NCBI GenBank assembly: GCA_028716265.1
Contig: JAQUQD010000002.1
Coordinates: forward strand, 6,882 to 70,881
DNA from: Bacteroidales bacterium
GTDB taxonomy: Bacteria > Bacteroidota > Bacteroidia > Bacteroidales > JAGONC01
Direction of reading: 5' to 3'
Length of the DNA stretch: 64,000 bases
The notes below the pieces were generated by a model. It was not told the DNA's origin. It worked only from the letters and a program-made list of their open reading frames with translations, and searched no databases. Positions within the stretch are counted from its first letter, which is position 1. The number at the start of each line of letters is the position of its first letter. Below are positions 37,804 to 48,000 of the stretch, one piece after another. The position numbers and the translations under genes are program-made.

Positions 37804-38883
37804 ATGTTCGAAAACAGAAACAAACGGACAGAGCTTTCCGGGCTGGGAGAGTTTGGCCTGATACGGCACCTGACAAAGGATATCCATATTAAGAATAGCA
37901 GCACGCTCAAGGGAGTGGGTGACGATGCGGCGGTGCTGGATTACCAGGGCAGGAAGATCCTTGTTTCCACGGATCTGCTCATTGAAGGGATTCATTTCGA
38001 TTTGACCTATACGCCACTGAAGCACTTAGGGTACAAGGCAGCTGTTGTCAATTTTTCGGATATTGCCGCCATGAATGCATTTCCTGAACAGCTGACGTTG
38101 AGCATTGCCGTTTCCAACCGCTTTTCGCTGGAGGCTCTCGATGAGATCTACTCCGGAATCTACCTGGCCTGTGAGCGGTACGGTGTCGATTTTATCGGAG
38201 GGGACACTTCTTCCAGCGTCACCGGACTGATGATGTCGCTGACAGTGCTGGGGGCAGCCAGCAAAGCTGACATCACCTACCGGGATACTGCCCGCATAGG
38301 AAACCTTGTCTGCGTTAGCGGCGACCTCGGCGGAGCATACATGGGCCTGCTGCTGCTCGAAAGAGAAAAAAAGGTCTTCAAGGCTGATCCCCTAGTCCGC
38401 CCTGACCTTGAAGGATACGATTACATCCTGCAGCGGCAGCTCAAACCGGAAGCCAGAGTGGACATTATCAGAAAACTCAGGGATCTTCGGATCAAACCCA
38501 CCGCCATGATCGATATTTCGGACGGGCTGGCCTCAGAGATCCTTCACATCTGTACCGGATCGAAGACCGGCTGCTCCCTGTATGAAGAAAAGATCCCCAT
38601 GGATCCTGCCACTATGCAGACATCCTATGAGATGGGCATCGATCCGACGGTCAGCGCCCTCAACGGCGGGGAAGATTATGAATTGCTTTTCACTATAGAT
38701 ATGAAGGATTACGAAAAGATCAAGGACGATCCGGATCTGTCAGTCATTGGCCATATCACGGATCAGTCGGGTGGGATGAACCTCATTACCAGGTCGGGAG
38801 GGCAGGTACCGTTGAAGGCACAGGGATGGGATGCGTTCTTTGAAAGGAGAGAGGAGAAAGGAGAAAGGAGAAAGGAGAAATGA
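37804..38883 (+). CDS. thiL: thiamine-monophosphate kinase
   Basis: ORF 37792-38883 trimmed to MFENRNKRTELSGLGEFGLIRHL. Motifs: GVGDDAAVL, TDLLIEGIHF, GGDTSSS. The last about 13 codons ([13 protein letters not shown]) are encoded by the GARAGGA heptamer array. Confidence 0.85.
   Translation: MFENRNKRTELSGLGEFGLIRHLTKDIHIKNSSTLKGVGDDAAVLDYQGRKILVSTDLLIEGIHFDLTYTPLKHLGYKAAVVNFSDIAAMNAFPEQLTLSIAVSNRFSLEALDEIYSGIYLACERYGVDFIGGDTSSSVTGLMMSLTVLGAASKADITYRDTARIGNLVCVSGDLGGAYMGLLLLEREKKVFKADPLVRPDLEGYDYILQRQLKPEARVDIIRKLRDLRIKPTAMIDISDGLASEILHICTGSKTGCSLYEEKIPMDPATMQTSYEMGIDPTVSALNGGEDYELLFTIDMKDYEKIKDDPDLSVIGHITDQSGGMNLITRSGGQVPLKAQGWDAFFERREEKGERRKEK
38842..38883 (+). repeat. GARAGGA-family heptamer array, 6 units, 39-nt purine-only run
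   Basis: Units are GAAAGGA GAGAGGA GAAAGGA GAAAGGA GAAAGGA GAAATGA. The final unit contains both the uvrC ATG (38880) and the thiL TGA stop (38881-38883). Confidence 0.95.
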
Positions 38884-40691
38884 AGCGGGTGGAGGATCCT
38901 TTGGCGCCCCTGATCCGTACGATGCCGGAAAAGCCCGGGATCTACCAGTATTTTGACCGGGAGGGACGGATCATCTATATCGGGAAGGCGAAGAACCTGA
39001 AAAAAAGGGTTTCTTCCTATTTCAACAAAGATGCTTCGCTGAGCGGCAAGGTACGGACCCTGGTAAAGAATATCGCCGACATCCAGCATTTGGTCGTGGA
39101 TACGGAACTGGACGCCATCCTTCTGGAAAACAACCTCATCAAGAAACACCAGCCCAGGTACAACGTTCAATGGAAAGACGACAAGACCTTCCCGTGGATA
39201 TGCATCAGGAATGAACGTTTCCCCAGAGTATATCCGACGCGTAACGTAGTGCAAGACGGATCCCAGTATTTTGGTCCCTACGGTTCGGTCAGGATGATGA
39301 AGACACTGCTGGAACTGATCAGGGCGCTCTATCCGCTGCGCAATTGTTCACTGCATCTGTCGGAGTCCAACATCGCAAGAAAAAAATTCAGGGTGTGTCT
39401 TGAGTACCATCTTGGAAACTGCAAGGGTCCCTGTGAGGGACTGCAGGGAGAAGACGAGTATCAGGACTCCATAACAGCAATCCGGGAGATTATCAAAGGG
39501 AACATCCACACGGTGATCATTCAGTTAAAAGAATTGATGAATGAATATGCCAGTCGGCTGGAATTTGAAAAAGCTCACCTTGTGAAGGAGAAGATCGCAT
39601 TGCTGGAACGCTATCAGAGCAAGTCACTGGTGGTCAACCCGGCCATCCGGCATGCAGACGTATTTTCGATCGTGTCGGACGATCGTTACGGATACGTGAA
39701 TTACATCAAAGTGGTGAATGGAGCCATTGTGCAGGCTCATACGATCGAGATACGGAAAAAACTGGATGAGGCTGATGCTGAGCTGCTGGCCCTGGCCATT
39801 GCTGATTTTCGTCAGCGTTTCAACAGCGACGCTACGGAAATGATCATACCGATGAAGGTGGAACTGGCGTACCCGGATGTGGTATTTACGGTTCCCCAGC
39901 GTGGCGACAAAAAAAAACTGCTTGAGTTGTCAGAAAGAAATGCCAGGTACCTCCAGGCAGAAAAAGAAAAACAACGCGAGCTGGTCGATCCTGAGCGTCA
40001 TTCGCGCAGGATCCTTACTGTGCTGATGAATGACCTTCGGCTGAAAGAGGTGCCGGACCGTATTGAATGTTTTGATAATTCAAACATCCAGGGGAGTTAT
40101 CCTGTTGCTGCCATGGTCGTGTTCAGGAACGGCAAGCCGGATAAGAAAGAGTACCGCCACTTCATTGTCAAATCGGTGGACGGACCTGATGATTATGCTT
40201 CCATGGAAGAGATCATCCACCGTCGATATAAAAGGGTACTCGAGGAAAAAGGTGAACTTCCCCAGTTGATCATCATCGACGGTGGAAAAGGACAGCTGAA
40301 CGCAGCATTGAACAGCCTGGAAAAACTTGGGTTGAAAAACCGGATAGCCATCATCGGGATTGCCAAAAAGCTTGAGGAGATCTATTATCCTAACGACCCG
40401 CTCCCATTGTACCTGAACAAGAAGTCAGAAAGCCTCAAACTGATCCAGCAATTACGCAACGAAGCCCATCGTTTCGGCATAGCGCATCACCGCAGGCGAA
40501 GGGAAAAGGGTACATTGAAAACCGAGCTCACGCAGATCCCAGGTATTGGAGGCAAATATGCCCAGGGGCTGCTTAAACATTTCCGTTCGGTGGAGGGGGT
40601 TCGCAAAGCTTCACTGGAAGAGATCCAGAATACGATCGGCAGGAAGAAGGGGCAGGTGGTCTACGAGTATTTTAAAAACAAAAAGACCTGA
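38880..40691 (+). CDS. uvrC: excinuclease ABC subunit C
   Basis: 603 aa. GIY-YIG motif GIYQYFDREGRIIYIGKAKNLKKRVSSYF, a UVR domain (EFEKAHLVKEKIALLE) and a C-terminal RNase H-like plus (HhH)2 region. Confidence 0.95.
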   Translation: MKRVEDPLAPLIRTMPEKPGIYQYFDREGRIIYIGKAKNLKKRVSSYFNKDASLSGKVRTLVKNIADIQHLVVDTELDAILLENNLIKKHQPRYNVQWKDDKTFPWICIRNERFPRVYPTRNVVQDGSQYFGPYGSVRMMKTLLELIRALYPLRNCSLHLSESNIARKKFRVCLEYHLGNCKGPCEGLQGEDEYQDSITAIREIIKGNIHTVIIQLKELMNEYASRLEFEKAHLVKEKIALLERYQSKSLVVNPAIRHADVFSIVSDDRYGYVNYIKVVNGAIVQAHTIEIRKKLDEADAELLALAIADFRQRFNSDATEMIIPMKVELAYPDVVFTVPQRGDKKKLLELSERNARYLQAEKEKQRELVDPERHSRRILTVLMNDLRLKEVPDRIECFDNSNIQGSYPVAAMVVFRNGKPDKKEYRHFIVKSVDGPDDYASMEEIIHRRYKRVLEEKGELPQLIIIDGGKGQLNAALNSLEKLGLKNRIAIIGIAKKLEEIYYPNDPLPLYLNKKSESLKLIQQLRNEAHRFGIAHHRRRREKGTLKTELTQIPGIGGKYAQGLLKHFRSVEGVRKASLEEIQNTIGRKKGQVVYEYFKNKKT

Positions 40692-40718
40692 CCGCTTACG
40701 TTAAACAGTCAGGTCTTT
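40682..40718. terminator. hairpin between convergent uvrC and tonB; probable intrinsic terminator (better for tonB)
   Basis: An 11-bp stem pairs aaagacctgac (40682-40692) with gtcaggtcttt (40708-40718), with a 15-nt loop. In the minus sense it is followed by TTTTTGTTTTT. In the plus sense only TTT follows. The left arm overlaps the uvrC stop codon. Confidence 0.55.
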
Positions 40719-40736
40719 GCGCTGTACAGGGATCGA

Positions 40737-41435
40737 TCAGCCCTGAAGAGTGAATTTGATGGGCATGGTGAACTGGACCCTGACGGGTTTTCCACGCTGC
40801 TTGCCGGGATTCCATTTAGGCATCTTCTGAATGACGCGGATCGCTTCTTCGTCACATCCGCCGCCGATGCCTCTTAGGACGCGCACACCGCTGACAGATC
40901 CCGAAGGTTCAACAACGAATGTCATATACACTGTTCCCTGGATGCCGCTTTCCCTTGCCATTTGCGGGTATTCTATGTTTTCCTGCAGGAAACGTATCCT
41001 GGCTTCTTCCCCGCCCGGAAAGGAAGGGGATTCTTCCACAACGGTAAATATCTCAGCCTCAACGATCTCTTCATCTTCTATATCCACTGCAGACGGAGGG
41101 GGTGCCACAAATTCATCCATCTGGGTATTCTCGTCCGACTCAGCATCGATCATGATATCGTCATCAATGTTCACATCGTTATCGACAATCTCCAGGATGG
41201 TTGTCTGCGGAGGAGGGGTTGGTGCGGGTGGCTTGGCCTGCTCCTGCTCGGTTTGAATGATGACTTCTTCAATCACTTCAACATTGTCCCGAACAGATAA
41301 TTCCAGTTTTTGACGTTCGTACTGCTTCCACTCAAATGCAAGCAGAACAATGGCCAGAACAACAATTAATCCGATCTGGGTGAAGAGTGATCTTTTGCTT
41401 TCGAGGTCAGCTTTTTCGGTTTTGCGCGGGTCCAT
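40737..41435 (-). CDS. tonB: energy transducer TonB
   Basis: 232 aa. N-terminal TM anchor, a Pro/acidic-rich linker (KPPAPTPPPQ) and a C-terminal TonB domain (FPGGEEARIRFLQENIEYPQMARESGIQGTVYMTFVVEPSGSVSGVRV). Confidence 0.8.
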   Translation of the reverse strand: MDPRKTEKADLESKRSLFTQIGLIVVLAIVLLAFEWKQYERQKLELSVRDNVEVIEEVIIQTEQEQAKPPAPTPPPQTTILEIVDNDVNIDDDIMIDAESDENTQMDEFVAPPPSAVDIEDEEIVEAEIFTVVEESPSFPGGEEARIRFLQENIEYPQMARESGIQGTVYMTFVVEPSGSVSGVRVLRGIGGGCDEEAIRVIQKMPKWNPGKQRGKPVRVQFTMPIKFTLQG

Positions 41436-41569
41436 AACTGTAGAATTAGTATTGTTTAACGTTCAGTCAGCCAAGGTACATCAATTTCTCATTATAACAA
41501 CTTATTTTATAAGCTGAAAATGCATCAAATAGTGTGCCTGATCTGAGTTTGCCAACAAGAAAAAAACGG

Positions 41570-41950
41570 TCAGGCTTCAGTGATCATCCTGTACTTGTCG
41601 GCATCCAGTAGTTCATCCACTTCCGCAGGATTAGAAATCCTGATCTTCACTATCCAGCCGTCTCCGTAAGGATCTTTGTTGATCAACTCGGGCTGGTCCG
41701 ACAGGGCCTCATTGAACTCCAGTATCTCGCCGGATACCGGCATAAAAATATCCGATACGGTTTTTACTGCTTCAATAGTACCGAAGGCTTCACCTTTCGT
41801 TAGTGACTCTCCCACCGTTTCCACTTCCAGAAACACGACATCACCCAGTTCACTCTGAGCAAAATCGGTGACTCCAATATACCCGTGCCCATTTTCTATT
41901 CTCAGCCATTCATGGTTTTCTGTAAATCTCAGGTTATCAGGTACTTTCAT
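41570..41950 (-). CDS. gcvH: glycine cleavage system protein H
   Basis: 126 aa. Motifs: HEWLRIENGHGYIGVTDFAQ, and the lipoyl-lysine motif IEAVKTVSDI. Confidence 0.95.
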   Translation of the reverse strand: MKVPDNLRFTENHEWLRIENGHGYIGVTDFAQSELGDVVFLEVETVGESLTKGEAFGTIEAVKTVSDIFMPVSGEILEFNEALSDQPELINKDPYGDGWIVKIRISNPAEVDELLDADKYRMITEA

Positions 41951-42000
41951 ATAAATTAATGAATTTTAACAGTTTGGATGTCAAAATTAAAAAAATTGTT

Positions 42001-42061
42001 GGTTGATTGGTTGATGGAGGAAAAATATTTTATTCAGGCACAAAGGCACAGAGGCACAGAG
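42001..42061 (+). repeat. composite short-word repeats in the sprA-gcvH spacer (GGTTGAT x2, then GCACARAG x3)
   Basis: ggttgatt ggttgat lies at 42001-42015. gcacaaag gcacagag gcacagag lies at 42038-42061 and ends 5 nt from the sprA stop codon (42067-42069). Confidence 0.8.
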
Positions 42062-42066
42062 AATTT

Positions 42067-45000
42067 TTATTGGGCGAGGGTGAAGCGGAGGCTGATACCG
42101 CCACGGGTGGTGGAGTTTTTGAACTGGTTGGAAGTGTATGGATTGTTGATGGTCGTTTCCAGGTAAAGGCGTATGGCCAGCTGCTGATTGATGTTGTAGT
42201 CGGCCGATGAATTGAGGGAGAAGATCTTCTGACCGGTGGAAACCAAATTGTACACCTCGTCGATGCGGCGGAGGATGGTTTTGTTCGACTTGATGGAGAA
42301 GTCAACCTTCAGGTTAAGATCGCTTTTCATCCTGGTTTTTTTACCGCCCCCACCGAGGGATGATATCATGAACTCCACGTCCATGATCCGGTATCCGAGC
42401 CCGACGATCACTTCATTGCTAGTGACCTCCGTCAGCTGATTGTTGACAAAGCTCAAAGAAAGGTTCCTTGATTTACGCAGCTCAAACCGCGTCAGCAGGT
42501 TGTTCATCCAGGTGAAATCCAGGGTGATCAGGGGAGAAAATTGTTCGTTGATCGTGATCTGTTCGATCCTGTATTCAGGGACATAATTGCCGGAAGCGTC
42601 GAGTGTGGAGGGATAACCGGGGAAGTTGGGATCCTCGCTGTAATCAAGATTGGTGACGAAGGAGGTGATGCTGTAGATCGAACGGTAGGTTGAGCTTATG
42701 CTGGCGTTCCGGATGATCTTCCTCAGTGACTCGATCCTGTTCAGTCCATTGTATGTCAATCTCCAGTTTGGATAGGGAATGACCGGAAAGGCATCCAGAA
42801 AGATCTTGCTGGAAGGTATATCGGCATAGGCAGCCAGGAACGCCGGGGTTAGAACGGCAGGCGAGGAAGGCCCGTAGCCCTTTGGATAGCCGGTGGAATC
42901 CACCACAGCGCCATTCCAGTTCGGATTTTCTTCCGCCAGGCGAAAAGCAATCTCCTTCCGGTTATCCAGAAATTGTTCAAAGACAGGGGACACATTATTC
43001 TTATCGTCCTTCGTAAAAGCAGTTTTGAGCATCCAGTACGACATGCTGAAGCTTCCTCTGTCGACCTGGGAGAATGAGTTGAAAAAACCAAAGGTATCCG
43101 CTTTAAAGTATTCCTCATGTCCGAACATTTGGTTCCATTCGCCCGTTACTTCCAACCGGAAGTCCCGAAAGGGTTCCACGTTGATCCGGTAGGTCAGATC
43201 AGTTGATTTCTGGGTAGAATAGGGTAAGTTGAGCAAGGGGCTGCTGGTGATCCACTGTTCATCCACTGCTTTGTACCGGATGTCTTTCTGGCTCCCGAAA
43301 ACAAAGCCAAAACCGGGAGCCATCTTTTTCAGGTTAACACCAAACAAATTAGGTTCCGGAACAAACCCCGGGAACGTCGTACTATTGTCGAGGCCATAGT
43401 TCACGTTGATGTCCTTCACGCTGGTCAGCAGTTTGACAAGTCCAACGCCGATGATTTTGGCATAATTGATCTTTGGCTTGGTCTTCGTTGTATCTGAGCC
43501 ATCTTCTATGCCCTCGTCCTTTTCGTCGGGTGTGGCAGGCTTTTTCTGCTGGCGCTGCGGCTGTCTGGATTTCTGGTCGATCTTCTTTATAAAACCGACC
43601 TTGTTATATAGGGTGGACATCCTGATCGTTGGATTCAGCTGGAGTATGGATGAGTTGGCAATAGAGTTTCCGTAGGTTGCCTGGACCGATTTGGCGGATG
43701 CTGTCCACCGGTATGTCCCGCTATAGCGTACCATAAGGGTGATCCAGTCAAGCAGGGGCAGTTTGTTGATGGGTACGTTGTAATTCAGGTTATACGTGTG
43801 ATTAAAAGTATTCCTCGACCCGAATTTCCCGATCTCGTCCCAAACCTTCTGTTTATAATCATCCCAGTCAGGGGATTCCTTGTCGATCCTCCCGGACGGT
43901 TCAAAAATGAAGGCGTTGGTCGTGGAGGAGTAATCGAAACGAAGTGACCGTGTAAGGTCGTATTTGAAATCGAAAGCCCGTATCCAGTCCCATTTCTTGA
44001 CATAGGTCGGTTCAATGATGATCAGGGCCAGGCTTTTATTGCGGAGCTTTTTCTCACTGTACTGGCGGTCCATCTCCGTACGGTAACTGAGCAATCTTGG
44101 TGAGAGGTACAGGTTAAAATCCTTGATGAGCGCCAGGTACTTGGATTTGATGCCAGAGAAGGGAGAAATGTTTTTCGGTTCAATGGAGTAGGTATATCCA
44201 AATCCACCGCGGTGCCGCTTCAGCTGGTCATAGTCTATGTCGGGGCTCCGGTTGAAGATCTCCTGGTAGGAATAAGTGAAATTGAAATTCTCAATATCCC
44301 AGAACTGAGCCTTTTTTCCCATCCCGACTCTTTCTTTCCTGACATTGACAAAATTAAGGTTCTTCCTTTTGGTGAATGTCTGGGATCTTACCTTCAGGGA
44401 ATCTTTTTCCTGGCTGCTCAGGTTCTTGATTTCTTCCTTGTAAAGGATATCAGGATCGAGGGGATTGTACTGCGGATTGGATGACACCTGGGAATAGTCG
44501 AAATGCATGGGGATACGGATGCCGGTTTTTTCCGGGAAGAACTTACCGATGTCGATGTTGGTTGCGATATCCAGCTGGGTAGTGGTTTCCTTTTTCCGTT
44601 CGCTGACTTTCTTTTCAATGCTCCCGAATCCGGGGGTACTGTGGAGTCCGCCGACCATCACGTTTCCAAGGTCGGCAAGGTTTGCACTCAGGCGGCCGGT
44701 AGCGGCCCATCCTGCCTTATCGTCAAAGTCGGTGAGGCGGAGTTCGTTGATCCAAATCTCCGCACACTTGGGCAGTCCGTCGTCCTGGTCAGTCAGGCCG
44801 GTCTTTTTGGGGTTGCGGATACCGATCATCATGGCTTTCACGTCGCTGATGCTCGGGGTTCCCTGAATGGTGATCTTACGGTCGCCATCCCATACCACAA
44901 AGGGCTGAAGTGTGGAAAGGAGCTGCCCGTTATCGATGGCATCGTTTCGTTGCATCTTGGCATCTACGAGCTTCTGAAGCTCAAGGTCCAGCCGGTTCTC

Positions 45001-48000
45001 CTCCGGCCATATCAGATCGGGATCGGTTGTATACCAGGGTGTGAGCTTCAACGGGATCTCATATTCATAATAATTTTCAGTAAAATCAGCACCCAGACGG
45101 ATGAAGAGCGTGAGGTCGCCGTCTTTCATGGTCTGATTGGGATCTGAATCTTCGGCGTGGATGAACATCTTAAGCCTTTTGTACTGGCGTATGTCAAAGG
45201 CAGTTGTTTTGTAAGCCGCTCTGGCGTCACCGTCGATGATGTTGCAGATATCAAGTACCATGGCCTGTTCATTCAGTTGCTGCAGGTTGGTGGTGGCCAG
45301 GTTAATTTCCCTTTCAATGCCAGGAGGGATGACATATGGAATGGGATTCCTGTCGCCGTTCTCTTCATAGCTGACGGTAGAGATATCGAAGGAGGTCTGG
45401 TTCTGGATATCATCGGGAATATATTCTCCGGGATACAGCAGGTTATATTTATACCGGCGCCATTCACCCCGGACCAGTTCCAGGGTAGCGAAGCGGAGGA
45501 CGATATCCTCATCAAATTCGCTGAGCAGCATACGCATGAAGCGGATGGACTGGAAATCCTGGATGTTGCCGATCACACGTTCGGGGCTGGTCACCGGAAT
45601 CTTGAACTGATACCATGTGATGTTGCTCTTTTTCCCATTCTCAAGTTCAATATTGTACACATCACGGCGGTCAGTAATGTAGTTTTCCCCAACTTCCAGT
45701 GAAGTGGAGTCGATGTTGACCACATATTCATAATACCGTTCTGTTTCGTTCAGCGTATTGTCGTTGTTGATATCCTCAACGTTGGGCAACTGGGTTGCCG
45801 AGGTCGGATAATTTTCCTGATTCTGCTGGTCGCTCGGCGAGTTCCCGTCCGGCTGGCTGAAACGTTTATACCTTTCAAGGATGCTTTCATATTTTGCATT
45901 GTTGTCAAAATCACTGCCCCTGAAGTAATGGTAGTCATCGGCCGAGGGATCGTTGTAAGCGTTTTCATAGGCCGGGGTATTGGTGGTGTTGAACAGGTTG
46001 AGGATCCTGTTGAGGTAACTGCCTTCGAAGAAGGTCCTTTCGTCAACGGTTCGAAGTCCGTCATATCCCACATCCTGATAGGGGCGGGACCCGGTCGTAT
46101 TGTCGAATGAATTGACCAGTGCCTGGAGGGAAGGCACCCTGCCCCAGTTGGTGGTATCCACGTTTTTCACCTCCTCATCGATGGGAAGGCCATTTTCGTA
46201 ACTTTTCCTGGAGTCTTTCAGCAGGTCTTCGGAGATATCTCCCAGATGGAAGATCAGCTTACCGCCCTTACCGCTGTTGGGAGAGCCCTCGGCAAAGGGG
46301 TCCATGAGCCAGAACTCGATGTATTCAACGTTGGTGGACTCGAAGTCCGTAGTTTCAATTTTTCTCATAATACCGGCCCAACGGGATCCGGGATCCTTGA
46401 GGGTTCCGTCGCTGTTGATACCTGAGGAATAGCTGGTGGGCTCCACATCGTAATTGTAGGGTCCTCTCAGTGACGGGTAATAGGCCAGGTTGAAGACCGC
46501 GAGGTTCACCGGCTGGTTGTTGGGGGGGTCGACGTTGGGGAATACTTCACGTTCAGGGACGTACCGGACATAATGATTTGAAAGTTCATCTTTGTTGATG
46601 TTCGGTGGTCTGAGGGTACCGGATTCCTGATAAAAAAGGGGATCGATGATGTACCAGGCCAGCAGGGCCCTGTTGTAGCCATACTGAAGGTTGTTGTTGA
46701 GGGTACCTTCGGGGAACCTGAAGGGGTCCTGGGGGGTGCTGGACATGAACCATGTGATGTAGTTCTTCATGTCAATGGTTGATTTGGCACCCTCAAAGTC
46801 GTCGATATACGAAGTGCCTGCCTGTCCGATGGCTTTGGAGTGGCCCGGCAGGAACTGTGCAAATTCCCCTTCAAAGGCAACCCGGGATGGTGCCTTTGTT
46901 GAGAAGAAGGGCAGCTTGTCGACCAGTGTGGTCAGGAATCCCCATTCCTTTTCATAGATCATATCTAAACCCCAGAGCGTATTGGAGATGGGATCATCAC
47001 CGTAGTTCGTCTTCTGGGTAAGAGGCCGTTCACGCAGGTTAAGGATCGTACCTCCCAGGGAAAGGTTCTGGTTGACCAGGTAATCCACATGGGCTCCCAC
47101 CATCCGCTGGGTCTGGATGTTGAACATTTTATTGCTCTCCATGGAGATATTGATGGGCGTACCTGAATTGAGGATCCCCTCGTTGATGATCCGGACGCGG
47201 CCAAGGGTGTAATCAACGGTGTAATCAACATTTTCCGTCAGGGGTATTCCTCCGGCGGTGACCACGACCGATCCCTGGGGGACATTCAGCGCATTCAGGG
47301 AGATCTCGGATCCGGAGGAGGATTTGTACATCCCGTCGAGGCTGAACTTGTTCTTCTCAGGATACTGCTGGGCGTTGTACTTGGTGAGACGGTACAGTGA
47401 GTCGTACGCATACTTGTCGGCAAGTTCGGTCTGATCCCCGAATTGACGACGAAGATAACTGCCGAAAGGCTCCAGAACGGTAAAGAAGATCCTGCCGTTG
47501 GAGGATTGGATGGTCCCTCCCTTGGTTACTGCATTGTCGATGTAATCAAAGACTCCGTCGCCAGGGGGATTGAGGTTTGGATCCAGGTTGTCTAGGTTCA
47601 GGACCTGGATCAGCGGGACACCTTTAATGTTTTCCGGTCCTTCGGTCAGATAACCTGTAGGCACACTGTTCTCGTTTCCGGAGTAAAGGATGTTCAGTAC
47701 GAAATCGTTGCTGTTGACCTGATATGCACCGATGGCATATACGTTTTTCATCATCAGGTCCCACATGGGAAGTTTGGTGCTAATGGCGGTGCTTTTGAGC
47801 ATTTTCACCATCAGGCAGCCGGGAGGGCTGATACCCTGGTCGGACAGTTCGCCCACCTGAAAAACACTGTCGATCCCGATCACCGTATACTGGAACGCCA
47901 CTGCCAGCACCTGGTCGGCGTTGAGGGTGGTGTTAAGCGATATGAATCCCAGCTTGCTGTTGAAATTGAACTCGTTATTTCTGAGCTTGCGTGCGCTTTC

